Part shown: in pieces, positions 27,977 through 35,267 of the stretch | Numbering within the stretch: position 1 is the first letter of the stretch | Layout of the letters: each line of letters begins with the position of its first letter | Source of the DNA: an uncultured Bacilli bacterium | Lineage (GTDB): Bacteria > Bacillota_I > Bacilli_A > RF39 > UBA660 | NCBI GenBank assembly: GCA_934100165.1 | Contig: CAKOPN010000005.1 | Span: 33,804 to 97,803, forward strand | Reading direction: 5' to 3' | Length of the DNA: 64,000 bases | Made by a program: the position numbers and the translations under genes | Notes under the pieces: generated by a model | Databases searched by the model: none | What the model saw: the letters and a program-made list of their open reading frames with translations, nothing else | Told to the model about the DNA's origin: nothing

Positions 27977-28696
27977 ATGAGTGGACATTCAAAATGGGCT
28001 ACAATTCACAGAAAAAAAGGTGAATTAGATGCAGCAAGAGGAAAAGTATTCCAAAAGTTAGCAAAAGAAATTTATGTTGCAGCAAGGGGAACAAACGGAG
28101 ATCCGTTATCTAATCCAGGCCTTCGTGCTGTAATTGAAAAAGCAAGAGGAAGCAATATGCCTAAAGATAATATTCAAAAGGCAATTGACAAAGCCGTTGG
28201 AAATAATGATGGTGAAAGCTATGAACAAATAAGATATGAAGGATATGGTCCAAGTGGTGTCGCAATCATGATAGACTGCCTTACAGATAATAGAAATAGA
28301 ACTGCTATGCTTGTAAGAAGTACACTAACTAAACGTGGTGGAAATTTAGGTACAGATGGTTCAGTATCATACTTATTTGAAAGAAAAGGTGTAATAGTTA
28401 TCGATAAAGTATTAGATGAAGATACAGTAATGATGACAGCACTTGATAATGGTGCATTAGATGTTATAACTAATGAAGATAGTTATGAAATCTATACTTC
28501 ACCAGAAGACTTTCTAAAAGTTAAAGATGCACTAGTAGAATTAGGTGTAAACGAGTTCTTAACAAGTGAAATAACATTTGTTCCAAAGAATTCAATAGAA
28601 CTAGATGATGAAGCTAGTGAAAAGGTTATGACATTAGTAGAACAATTAGAAGATATTGATGATGTACAAAATGTTTATCATAATTTGAGTATATAA
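27977..28696 (+). CDS. yebC: YebC/PmpR-family transcriptional regulatory protein
   Basis: 239 aa. The N-terminal MSGHSKWATIHRKKGELDAARGKVFQKLAKEI is the YebC-family signature. Confidence 0.9.
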   Translation: MSGHSKWATIHRKKGELDAARGKVFQKLAKEIYVAARGTNGDPLSNPGLRAVIEKARGSNMPKDNIQKAIDKAVGNNDGESYEQIRYEGYGPSGVAIMIDCLTDNRNRTAMLVRSTLTKRGGNLGTDGSVSYLFERKGVIVIDKVLDEDTVMMTALDNGALDVITNEDSYEIYTSPEDFLKVKDALVELGVNEFLTSEITFVPKNSIELDDEASEKVMTLVEQLEDIDDVQNVYHNLSI

Positions 28697-28717
28697 AAGT
28701 AAATAACCGGAGGAAAA

Positions 28718-29695
28718 ATGAATATAGCAATACTTGGAACAGGTGCTTATGGAATAGCACTTGCGCTTATGTTTCATAAAAATAACCACAATATTAAAAT
28801 GTGGACTAAATTTAAAGATGAAAAAGATGCCATATTACAAACAAGAACAAACGAAAGGACTCTTCCAGGAATTATTATTCCAGATGATATAAAGATAAGT
28901 AATGATTTTGAAAATGTTGTACAAGATGCAGACATAATCGTTATTGCAGTACCAGCAGCTTTTGTGGATGACGTTAGCATAAAATTAAAAGATTGTATTA
29001 AACATAATCAACTTGTTTTGATTGCATCAAAAGGTATAGAAAGAGATAGCTGTCTTTTTGTAGGAGATATATTTAGAAAATATATTAAGACAAAAAAATA
29101 TGCTATTATCTCAGGACCATCTTTTGCAGTAGATATTGTTACAAATTGTCCAATAGGACTTTCAATCGCAAGCGAAAGCAAGAAAACTATGAAAACAATA
29201 AAAAAAGCTCTAGAGAATGATTCATTGAAATTAAGAGAAACTAAAGATGTTATTGGAACGGAAATATGTGGCTCTATAAAGAATGTGATTGCAATAGCAG
29301 CTGGTATGTTAGATGGAATGGGATATCCAGAATCAACTCAAGCTATGTTTATAACAGAGTCATTAAATGATATTAAAGAGTTAATAAATAAATTAGGTGG
29401 AGATAAAAAAACAATACTTAGTTTTGCGGGATTTGGTGATTTACTTTTAACAGCAACTAGTAAAAAGAGTAGAAACTTTACATATGGTTACATGATTGGA
29501 AAAAAATATGATCAACAGTTAATAGATGACTATGTGCAAAATACTACAATAGAAGGACTTTATACAATAAAATCTATATACAAGCTATTAAAAAATAAAA
29601 AAGTAAAGATGCCAATAATCAATCTAATTTATGATATTACAACGAATAAAACATCACCAGAAGCGCTTCCAATATTTTTGATAAATAAAAAATAA
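28718..29695 (+). CDS. gpsA: NAD(P)H-dependent glycerol-3-phosphate dehydrogenase
   Basis: 325 aa. N-terminal Rossmann motif NIAILGTGAYGIALA and GpsA-like conservation throughout. Confidence 0.9.
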   Translation: MNIAILGTGAYGIALALMFHKNNHNIKMWTKFKDEKDAILQTRTNERTLPGIIIPDDIKISNDFENVVQDADIIVIAVPAAFVDDVSIKLKDCIKHNQLVLIASKGIERDSCLFVGDIFRKYIKTKKYAIISGPSFAVDIVTNCPIGLSIASESKKTMKTIKKALENDSLKLRETKDVIGTEICGSIKNVIAIAAGMLDGMGYPESTQAMFITESLNDIKELINKLGGDKKTILSFAGFGDLLLTATSKKSRNFTYGYMIGKKYDQQLIDDYVQNTTIEGLYTIKSIYKLLKNKKVKMPIINLIYDITTNKTSPEALPIFLINKK

Positions 29696-29814
29696 GGGTT
29701 TAGTTACTTTATGTAATTAAACTTTTTTTGTGTAAAGTTTTAATTTAAATTCTCTAAAATACTTGATATATTGGGTGGAATAACTATATAATAAAATGGC
29801 ATAGGGGTGTTCTT

Positions 29815-30174
29815 ATGACTAAATATGAAAAAGATGAGGTAGTAATTGGCTACGTCACTGGAATAGAAAAGTATGGAATTTTTGTTAATCTTGATGAATA
29901 TTATAATGGTTTAATACATATATCTGAAATATCTCCAAATTTTGTAAGAAATGTTAATGATTATGTTAATATCGGAGAGACTATAAAGATGAGAATACTA
30001 TCAGTTGATGAAAAAAATCACAAAGTAAAGCTGAGTATTAAAAATTTGAATTATAAGATGAGAAAAAGAAAAAGAGCAAAAATTGAAGAGACACCACTAG
30101 GTTTTTCTACCTTAGAAAGTAACCTTTCTGGCTGGATAGAAGAAAAACTTTCTGAAATTGATAAAAATAAATAA
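29815..30174 (+). CDS. S1 RNA-binding-domain protein (YabR/CvfD-like)
   Basis: 119 aa. S1 fold signature GYVTGIEKYGIFVNL...GLIHISEIS...GETIKMRILSVD. Confidence 0.8.
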   Translation: MTKYEKDEVVIGYVTGIEKYGIFVNLDEYYNGLIHISEISPNFVRNVNDYVNIGETIKMRILSVDEKNHKVKLSIKNLNYKMRKRKRAKIEETPLGFSTLESNLSGWIEEKLSEIDKNK

Positions 30175-30238
30175 AAACTTGTTGACAAAAAATTATCAAA
30201 ATGATATATTAAATACTGTCAATGACGAAGTGCTATTC

Positions 30239-30315
30239 GGGCGATTAGCTCAGTTGGTTAGAGCACCTGCCTTACAAGCAGGGGGTCATAGGTTCGAGTC
30301 CTATATCGCCCACCA
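30239..30315 (+). tRNA. tRNA-Val (anticodon TAC)
   Basis: Cloverleaf GGGCGAT/ATCGCCC acceptor stem, D-arm GCTCAGTTGGTTAGAGC, anticodon loop CTTACAA, T-arm GGTTCGAGTCC, encoded CCA. Confidence 0.9.
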
Positions 30316-30325
30316 TATTTGTTGT

Positions 30326-30401
30326 GCCGAAATAGCTCAATTGGTAGAGCAACTGATTTGTAATCAGTAGGTTCCGGGTTCAAGTCCTGGTTTCGGCACC
30401 A
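30326..30401 (+). tRNA. tRNA-Thr (anticodon TGT)
   Basis: Acceptor GCCGAAA/TTTCGGC, anticodon stem ACTGA/TCAGT with loop TTTGTAA, T-arm GGTTCAAGTCC, encoded CCA. Confidence 0.9.
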
Positions 30402-30407
30402 TTTTTT

Positions 30408-30491
30408 GGAGAGGTAGCGAAGTGGCTAAACGCGGCAGACTGTAAATCTGTTCCTTCGGGTTCGATGGTTCGAATCCATCTCTCTCCACCA
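30408..30491 (+). tRNA. tRNA-Tyr (anticodon GTA), with long variable arm
   Basis: GGAGAGG acceptor, anticodon loop CTGTAAA, variable arm TCCTTCGGG, T-arm GGTTCGAATCC, encoded CCA. Confidence 0.85.
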
Positions 30492-30496
30492 CTTAT

Positions 30497-30571
30497 TGCC
30501 TCGTAGCCAAGTGGTAAGGCACGAGACTTTGACTCTCGCATGCGCTAGTTCGAATCTAGCCGAGGCAGCCA
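30497..30571 (+). tRNA. tRNA-Gln (anticodon TTG)
   Basis: TGCCTCG/CGAGGCA acceptor (U1-A72 as in Bacillus tRNA-Gln), anticodon loop CTTTGAC, T-arm AGTTCGAATCT, encoded CCA. Confidence 0.85.
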
Positions 30572-30578
30572 ATTTTGT

Positions 30579-30654
30579 GTTCCGTTAGCTCAGTTGGTAG
30601 AGCATTTGACTTTTAATCAAAGGGTCTGGAGTTCGAATCTCCAACGGGACACCA
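30579..30654 (+). tRNA. tRNA-Lys (anticodon TTT)
   Basis: GTTCCGT/ACGGGAC acceptor, anticodon loop CTTTTAA, T-arm GAGTTCGAATCTC, encoded CCA. Confidence 0.9.
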
Positions 30655-30666
30655 TGATGTAAATAA

Positions 30667-30700
30667 CTCTTATTAGTAGTAATAAGGGTTTTTATTTTTA
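30667..30700 (+). terminator. Rho-independent terminator after the tRNA cluster
   Basis: Hairpin CTCTTATTA-gtag-TAATAAGGG followed by TTTTTATTTTT. Confidence 0.65.
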
Positions 30701-30710
30701 ATACAATAAA

Positions 30711-30742
30711 ATGCAGTATGAAAAATTACTGCATTTTTTTTA
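30711..30742 (+). terminator. Second tandem Rho-independent terminator
   Basis: Hairpin ATGCAGTA-tgaaaaat-TACTGCAT followed by TTTTTTT. Confidence 0.6.
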
Positions 30743-30789
30743 GGAAAAATATAAAAGATAGAACATAATAATATTACTCCCCAAATAAA

Positions 30790-30832
30790 TGTCGAAAATA
30801 AAGGTATAAAAAAAATGATAACCTTTGTCGAA
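30790..30832 (+). promoter_or_regulatory. Two Spo0A-box-like heptamers TGTCGAA (30790-30796 and 30826-30832) upstream of spoIIAA
   Basis: Exact matches to the Spo0A 0A-box consensus TGTCGAA, 36 bp apart, 50-95 nt upstream of the spoIIAA GTG start. In B. subtilis the spoIIA operon is Spo0A-activated. Confidence 0.4.
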
Positions 30833-30884
30833 TACGTATAAAAAAAATAAATAATATTCTATATTAAATTAAAAGGAGGAACTT

Positions 30885-31223
30885 GTGTTACAAATTGAAA
30901 CAATATATAAAAAAGGAATTCTTTTTGTAAGATGTTATGGAGTAATAAATAAAGAAACAAAAAAAGAACTTGAAAAAACACTTGAAAGCGCCATAAATGA
31001 AGTTGGTATAAAATATTTGCTTTTAAACGTTGAAAATATTTACTATATAAATACAGAAATAGAATCCATAATAAAAAAATGGAGTACTATTTTAAGTAAA
31101 AAGGATGGAAAGTTCTTTATGTGTGGAAAAGAACAATTAAAAGAAACATATGATGTTGATAAAACAGAAAAAGTACTACAGATGACAGATGAATTTAGTG
31201 TATTTAAAATGATAAATATATAG
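30885..31223 (+). CDS. spoIIAA: STAS-domain anti-sigma-factor antagonist, SpoIIAA-like (divergent)
   Basis: 112 aa. It aligns along its length with SpoIIAA (IETIYKKGILFVRCYGVI..., YLLLNVENIYYIN..., FFMCGKEQLKE) and sits immediately upstream of sigF. The canonical phospho-acceptor DSSG loop reads NTEIES here. GTG start with a GGAGG RBS. Confidence 0.65.
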   Translation: MLQIETIYKKGILFVRCYGVINKETKKELEKTLESAINEVGIKYLLLNVENIYYINTEIESIIKKWSTILSKKDGKFFMCGKEQLKETYDVDKTEKVLQMTDEFSVFKMINI

Positions 31224-31224
31224 G

Positions 31225-31917
31225 GTGATAAAATTGGAAAGAGAAGAAATCGCATTATTATGTAAAAAGCTTGTATATTCTATAGCAAGAAAATATAGTA
31301 AAAGTGAATCTGATTTGGAAGACTTATATCAAGTAGGAAATGTTGGACTTTCAAAGGCAATGGCTAATTACAAAGAAGGAAAAAATGCCAAATTTTCAAG
31401 TTATGCTCATTTTTATATTGAAGGAGAAATTTTAAAATACATAAGAGAAAACAAGCCTATAAAAGTTAATAATAATTTAACAAGATTAAATAGAGACATA
31501 ACAAGAGCTAAAGAGTATTTACTGCAAACATATATGAGGGAACCAACGATAGAGCAAATTGCACTTTTCCTTGATAAAACACCACAAGAAATAGAAGACG
31601 CTATTACAAGTTCATTATCAGTAAAAAGTCTTGACTATGAACTTAATGCTGAAGAAGAAGGAAAAGATGTTAACTTATATGACTATTCTTCTTATATTGA
31701 AAAAGGTTATGATGAAGATATTTTAACAGTAAGAGAAGAAATAAGAAAACTAGATCCAAAAGAAAGACGAATTATAATTTCTAGATATTATGAAGATAAA
31801 AGTCAAAACGAAACATCTAAAGAGTTAGGTATGAGTCAAGTTCAACTTTCTAGAACAGAGACAAAAATACTAGCAAAAATAAGAAATAATATTGGACCAT
31901 ACTGTGTAAAGGTATAA
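31225..31917 (+). CDS. sigF: Sporulation sigma factor, SigF-like (sigma-70 family, SigF/SigG/SigB clade)
   Basis: 230 aa. Region 2 (DLYQVGNVGLSKAMANY...FSSYAHFYIEGEILKYIRE) and region 4 (LGMSQVQLSRTETKILAKIR) are closely similar to B. subtilis SigF. The context spoIIAA-sigF-spoVAC/D/E matches the Bacillus and Clostridium spoIIA-spoVA neighbourhood. Confidence 0.75.
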   Translation: MIKLEREEIALLCKKLVYSIARKYSKSESDLEDLYQVGNVGLSKAMANYKEGKNAKFSSYAHFYIEGEILKYIRENKPIKVNNNLTRLNRDITRAKEYLLQTYMREPTIEQIALFLDKTPQEIEDAITSSLSVKSLDYELNAEEEGKDVNLYDYSSYIEKGYDEDILTVREEIRKLDPKERRIIISRYYEDKSQNETSKELGMSQVQLSRTETKILAKIRNNIGPYCVKV

Positions 31918-31942
31918 CTGCTATAAAAAGCAGTTTTTTTGT
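31916..31942 (+). terminator. Rho-independent terminator between sigF and spoVAC
   Basis: Hairpin AACTGCT-ataaaa-AGCAGTT followed by TTTTTTT. Confidence 0.55.
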
Positions 31943-31985
31943 ATAAAAATACCATTTTTGTTAATCATATTTATAGGTGATTATA

Positions 31986-32429
31986 ATGGAGAAAAAGGAT
32001 TATAAAAAAATAGTAGATAAAAATAAAGCAAAAGAGAAAAGATTACAAAATGCCGTAATTGCATTCATAACAGGAGGAATAACTGGTGCAATAGCAGAAC
32101 TTTTAGTAAATCTTTATTCATATTATTTAAATATTTCAACTCAGGATGCATCAGTATTTATGATAGTAACACTAATATTTTTAGCAGCATTATTTACTTC
32201 TCTTGGTTTCTTTGATAAATGGGTCAACTTTGCAAGATGTGGTTTAATCATTCCCATAACAGGGTTTGCTCATTCAATGATGAGTGCTGGATTAGAATAT
32301 AAAAAAGAAGGACCAATATATGGAATTGGTAGCAATGTTTTTAAACTAGCTGGATCGGTAATATTCTATGGTGTAGTTAGTGCATGGTTGTTTGGAATGA
32401 TTAGATATTTCTTGTTTGGAGGTGCGTAA
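31986..32429 (+). CDS. spoVAC: Stage V sporulation protein AC
   Basis: About 147 aa from the ATG at 31986 (GGTGA RBS). Four TM helices and high similarity to SpoVAC (ITGGITGAIAELL..., GLIIPITGFAHSMMSAGLEYKKEG). Confidence 0.9.
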   Translation: MEKKDYKKIVDKNKAKEKRLQNAVIAFITGGITGAIAELLVNLYSYYLNISTQDASVFMIVTLIFLAALFTSLGFFDKWVNFARCGLIIPITGFAHSMMSAGLEYKKEGPIYGIGSNVFKLAGSVIFYGVVSAWLFGMIRYFLFGGA

Positions 32430-32430
32430 G

Positions 32431-33426
32431 ATGACATTTAAATTTAATGAAGCTTATTTAAATAGTACTGCAACAGTAACTGGACCTTATGAAAACGAAG
32501 GACCATTAAAAGGTAAATTCGATAAAAGTTATGAAGACTTGTACAATGGTGAAAAAAGCTGGGAAAAAGCAGAAATAAAACTCTTTGAAGAGTCAATTGA
32601 TATTCTTCTTAATAAAAGTAAAAAGAAAAAAGATGATATAGATATAGTGATTGGTGGAGATTTGCAAAATCAAATAGCAGCATCCTGTTATGGTGCATTA
32701 AAATTTAAAATACCATTCTTAGGAATTTATTCAGCATGCACAACAAGTACTGAAGGACTTATTTTAGGTTCTGTTTTAATAGATAGTAAAAGAGTTAAAA
32801 ATGCAGTAGTCACTGTTTCATCACATAATATGGCAAGTGAAAAACAGTTTAGAAATCCAACTGAATATGGAGCGCCAAAACCTAAGACTGCAACATTTAC
32901 TACAACAGGAGGAGCAAGTGCACTTATATCAAGCACAAAATCTAAAGTAAAGTTAGAGTCTGGTACAATTGGAAAAATGTGTGATATGAATCAAAGTGAT
33001 CCAAATAATATGGGAGCTGCAATGGCTGTTGCGGCAGCAGATACAATATATACACATTTAAAAGATATGAAAAGAAGTCCTGAATATTATGATTTAATAA
33101 TAACCGGAGACTTGGGAGTTTATGGGAGTAGAATACTTTTAGAATATATGAAAAGTGAATATGGCTTAGATATATCTGAAAATCATAAAGATAGTGGTAC
33201 GATGATATATGATGTTAATAATACAGAAGAAGTAATGGCAGGAGGAAGTGGACCAGCTTGTAGTCCTTTAGTAAATTATTCATATACAGTGCCGCTCCTT
33301 GAAAAGGGAAGCTTAAATAAAGTTTTGATTGTAGCAACAGGAGCATTATTTTCGCCAACAGCTATATATCAAAAGGAACCAATTATATCAATTAGTCATG
33401 CAGTAAGTTTGGAGAGTGTGAAATGA
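32431..33426 (+). CDS. spoVAD: Stage V sporulation protein AD
   Basis: About 331 aa from the ATG at 32431 (GGAGGTG RBS). Thiolase-like fold with SpoVAD motifs (GIYSACTTSTEGLILGS, ITGDLGVYG). Confidence 0.9.
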   Translation: MTFKFNEAYLNSTATVTGPYENEGPLKGKFDKSYEDLYNGEKSWEKAEIKLFEESIDILLNKSKKKKDDIDIVIGGDLQNQIAASCYGALKFKIPFLGIYSACTTSTEGLILGSVLIDSKRVKNAVVTVSSHNMASEKQFRNPTEYGAPKPKTATFTTTGGASALISSTKSKVKLESGTIGKMCDMNQSDPNNMGAAMAVAAADTIYTHLKDMKRSPEYYDLIITGDLGVYGSRILLEYMKSEYGLDISENHKDSGTMIYDVNNTEEVMAGGSGPACSPLVNYSYTVPLLEKGSLNKVLIVATGALFSPTAIYQKEPIISISHAVSLESVK

Positions 33427-33773
33427 CATATATATATTCGTTTTTATTTGTAGGGTTTGTAAGTATGATAGGCCAAATAATATTAGATAATACTCGTCTT
33501 ACAGCAGGTCACATAACAAGTTTGTTTGTCTGTATTGGTGCGATGCTTGATACATTCAGCATATATGATAAGATAATTAAATGTGTAGGATCAGGTGCTT
33601 TAGTACCGATAACTTCCTTCGGTCATTCTTTAATTCATGGAGCACTTGCAAAAGCTGCAGATTTTGGTGTAATAGGGTTAGTAATGGGAATGTTTGATTT
33701 AACGGCCTCAGGTATAACATCGGCAATAATATTTACTTTTGTCTTCTCTTTAATATTTAATCCAAAAGACTAA
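33423..33773 (+). CDS. spoVAE: Stage V sporulation protein AE
   Basis: 116 aa. Membrane protein paralogous to SpoVAC (VPITSFGHSLIHGALAKAADFGVIGLVMG). ATGA overlap with spoVAD. Confidence 0.85.
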   Translation: MTYIYSFLFVGFVSMIGQIILDNTRLTAGHITSLFVCIGAMLDTFSIYDKIIKCVGSGALVPITSFGHSLIHGALAKAADFGVIGLVMGMFDLTASGITSAIIFTFVFSLIFNPKD

Positions 33774-33816
33774 AAAATAATTTCCTAATTTTCTTTTTTA
33801 TAGTATACTTATAATA

Positions 33817-34812
33817 GTGAGTAGTATGAAAGAGATAAATAGTCAAAAAGAAATGTTTGTAAATACTTTGGTGTTAGCAATAATAATACTTGTTATTGCT
33901 GTTTTCTTTTGGCCAAATGATGTGGCTAAATCCCAAAGTAACAAATTAGATAAATCTAAAACACAAATCAAAGTTTTAGTAAAAAGAATAAATATAAGAA
34001 AAGAACCAACAATAAATTCTGAGGACATTGGAGATGTTTACAAAGATGAAATATATACAGTATTGGACAATGTTGATGCTGAAGAATATTACTGGTACAA
34101 AATAGAAACCTCTAAAAATGTAGTTGGATACATTGCATCTGATCCAAAAAGCGAATATGTTGAGGTTATAAGTGGTTACATAGATAGAACTGCTCCAGAA
34201 ATTATTTTTAGCAAAGATTTCTTGTTATTTGAAAATGGAAAAGAAAACTTTGAATCTGTAACGTGCGTTGATGAACATTCTAGTTGTACTTTAACACATG
34301 AATATTTATCACAAGATTATGTTAGATTTAAAGCTAAAGATGAAAAAAATAACGAGAGTGAAAAAGACATAAAATATTATAAAGTCTATAAGTTTAATGA
34401 AAGTGCTAAAGAAACTAGTCAAAATATAAATGCTAGTTATAATTTTACAAATGAAGATAACGAAATAGAAATAAATGCAAAATATGTTCTTAACAAGGAC
34501 ATTTCCAGTGAAAATAAAAGTATAAATTATACTCCAATAATTACTTTATATGATGATTCTTTTAATGAAGTTAAAATATATACGACATATAGCGGAATAG
34601 AGGAAGATACAATAAATAATTATGATATGTCTTTGAAAGAAGAATATATAGATAAAGATTTAACTAAAGATAATGCTATTGGAATAAAATATATTTTTAA
34701 AAATAATCAATCAAATATTAAATATGTAAGAGTAGGGTTTATCGGAGTAGAAAATTATAATAATGATGCTAACTTACTAGCATATTACTATTCTAGATAT
34801 TACGCTATTTAA
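33817..34812 (+). CDS. Membrane-anchored protein with bacterial SH3-like domain, otherwise unknown
   Basis: 331 aa. An N-terminal TM (LVLAIIILVIAVFFW) is followed by an SH3b-like segment (KVLVKRINIRKEPTINSEDIGDVYKDEIYTVLD...YWYKIETSKNVVGYIASD). The rest is Asn/Tyr-rich with no recognisable domain. Confidence 0.45.
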   Translation: MSSMKEINSQKEMFVNTLVLAIIILVIAVFFWPNDVAKSQSNKLDKSKTQIKVLVKRINIRKEPTINSEDIGDVYKDEIYTVLDNVDAEEYYWYKIETSKNVVGYIASDPKSEYVEVISGYIDRTAPEIIFSKDFLLFENGKENFESVTCVDEHSSCTLTHEYLSQDYVRFKAKDEKNNESEKDIKYYKVYKFNESAKETSQNINASYNFTNEDNEIEINAKYVLNKDISSENKSINYTPIITLYDDSFNEVKIYTTYSGIEEDTINNYDMSLKEEYIDKDLTKDNAIGIKYIFKNNQSNIKYVRVGFIGVENYNNDANLLAYYYSRYYAI

Positions 34813-34865
34813 AAACATTTGTTTTTGAAAGGTATGTATAGTATAATACTATTGGTGATAAGAAA

Positions 34866-35183
34866 ATGAATATAAGTATAGAATATGTAATTATAGGAAT
34901 AATCCTTTTAGTGGTGTTACTAGCAGTTTTAAAAGCTGGGAAGAAAGATGTTCACCTAGAACTAAATAAATTGGTAGACTATCTTGGTGGAAAAGATAAT
35001 ATTGTGTCAACAGAGACGAATTTATCTAGATTTAAAGTAACTCTTAAAGATGTTTCGAAAGCAAATAAAGATGCTATAACAAAGTTAGGAGCTAAAGGAA
35101 TTGTAGAAATTGGTAATGAACTAAAAATTATTTTGGGACCAAATTCAAAGCAGTTGAAAAAGTATATAGATAACCTAAAATAA
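34866..35183 (+). CDS. Membrane-anchored PTS EIIB(Glc)-like domain protein lacking the phosphorylatable Cys
   Basis: 105 aa. An N-terminal TM is followed by LVDYLGGKDNIVSTETNLSRFKVTLKD...GAKGIVEIG, which aligns with the EIIB_glc fold. The Cys of the CATRLR motif appears replaced (TNLSRF). Confidence 0.45.
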   Translation: MNISIEYVIIGIILLVVLLAVLKAGKKDVHLELNKLVDYLGGKDNIVSTETNLSRFKVTLKDVSKANKDAITKLGAKGIVEIGNELKIILGPNSKQLKKYIDNLK

Positions 35184-35210
35184 TTCAAAATACAACAACA
35201 AAAACCAAAA

Positions 35211-35227
35211 TTCGACAAAATTCGACA
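35211..35227 (-). promoter_or_regulatory. Two tandem Spo0A-box-like heptamers (TTCGACA on the + strand, i.e. TGTCGAA on the - strand) at 35211-35217 and 35221-35227, upstream of the orphan histidine kinase gene
   Basis: Exact 10-bp direct repeat TTCGACAAAA x2, 40-55 nt upstream of the kinase ATG at 35268. Each unit contains the reverse complement of the 0A-box consensus. Confidence 0.4.
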
Positions 35228-35267
35228 AAATGAATTCATATAATTGTTACTGAAAGAAGGTAATTAT

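Noticed and set aside
30158-30370. 70-aa + strand ORF in the supplied track
   Set aside because: It lies entirely over the tRNA-Val/tRNA-Thr genes. Its translation is an artefact of reading through structured RNA genes.
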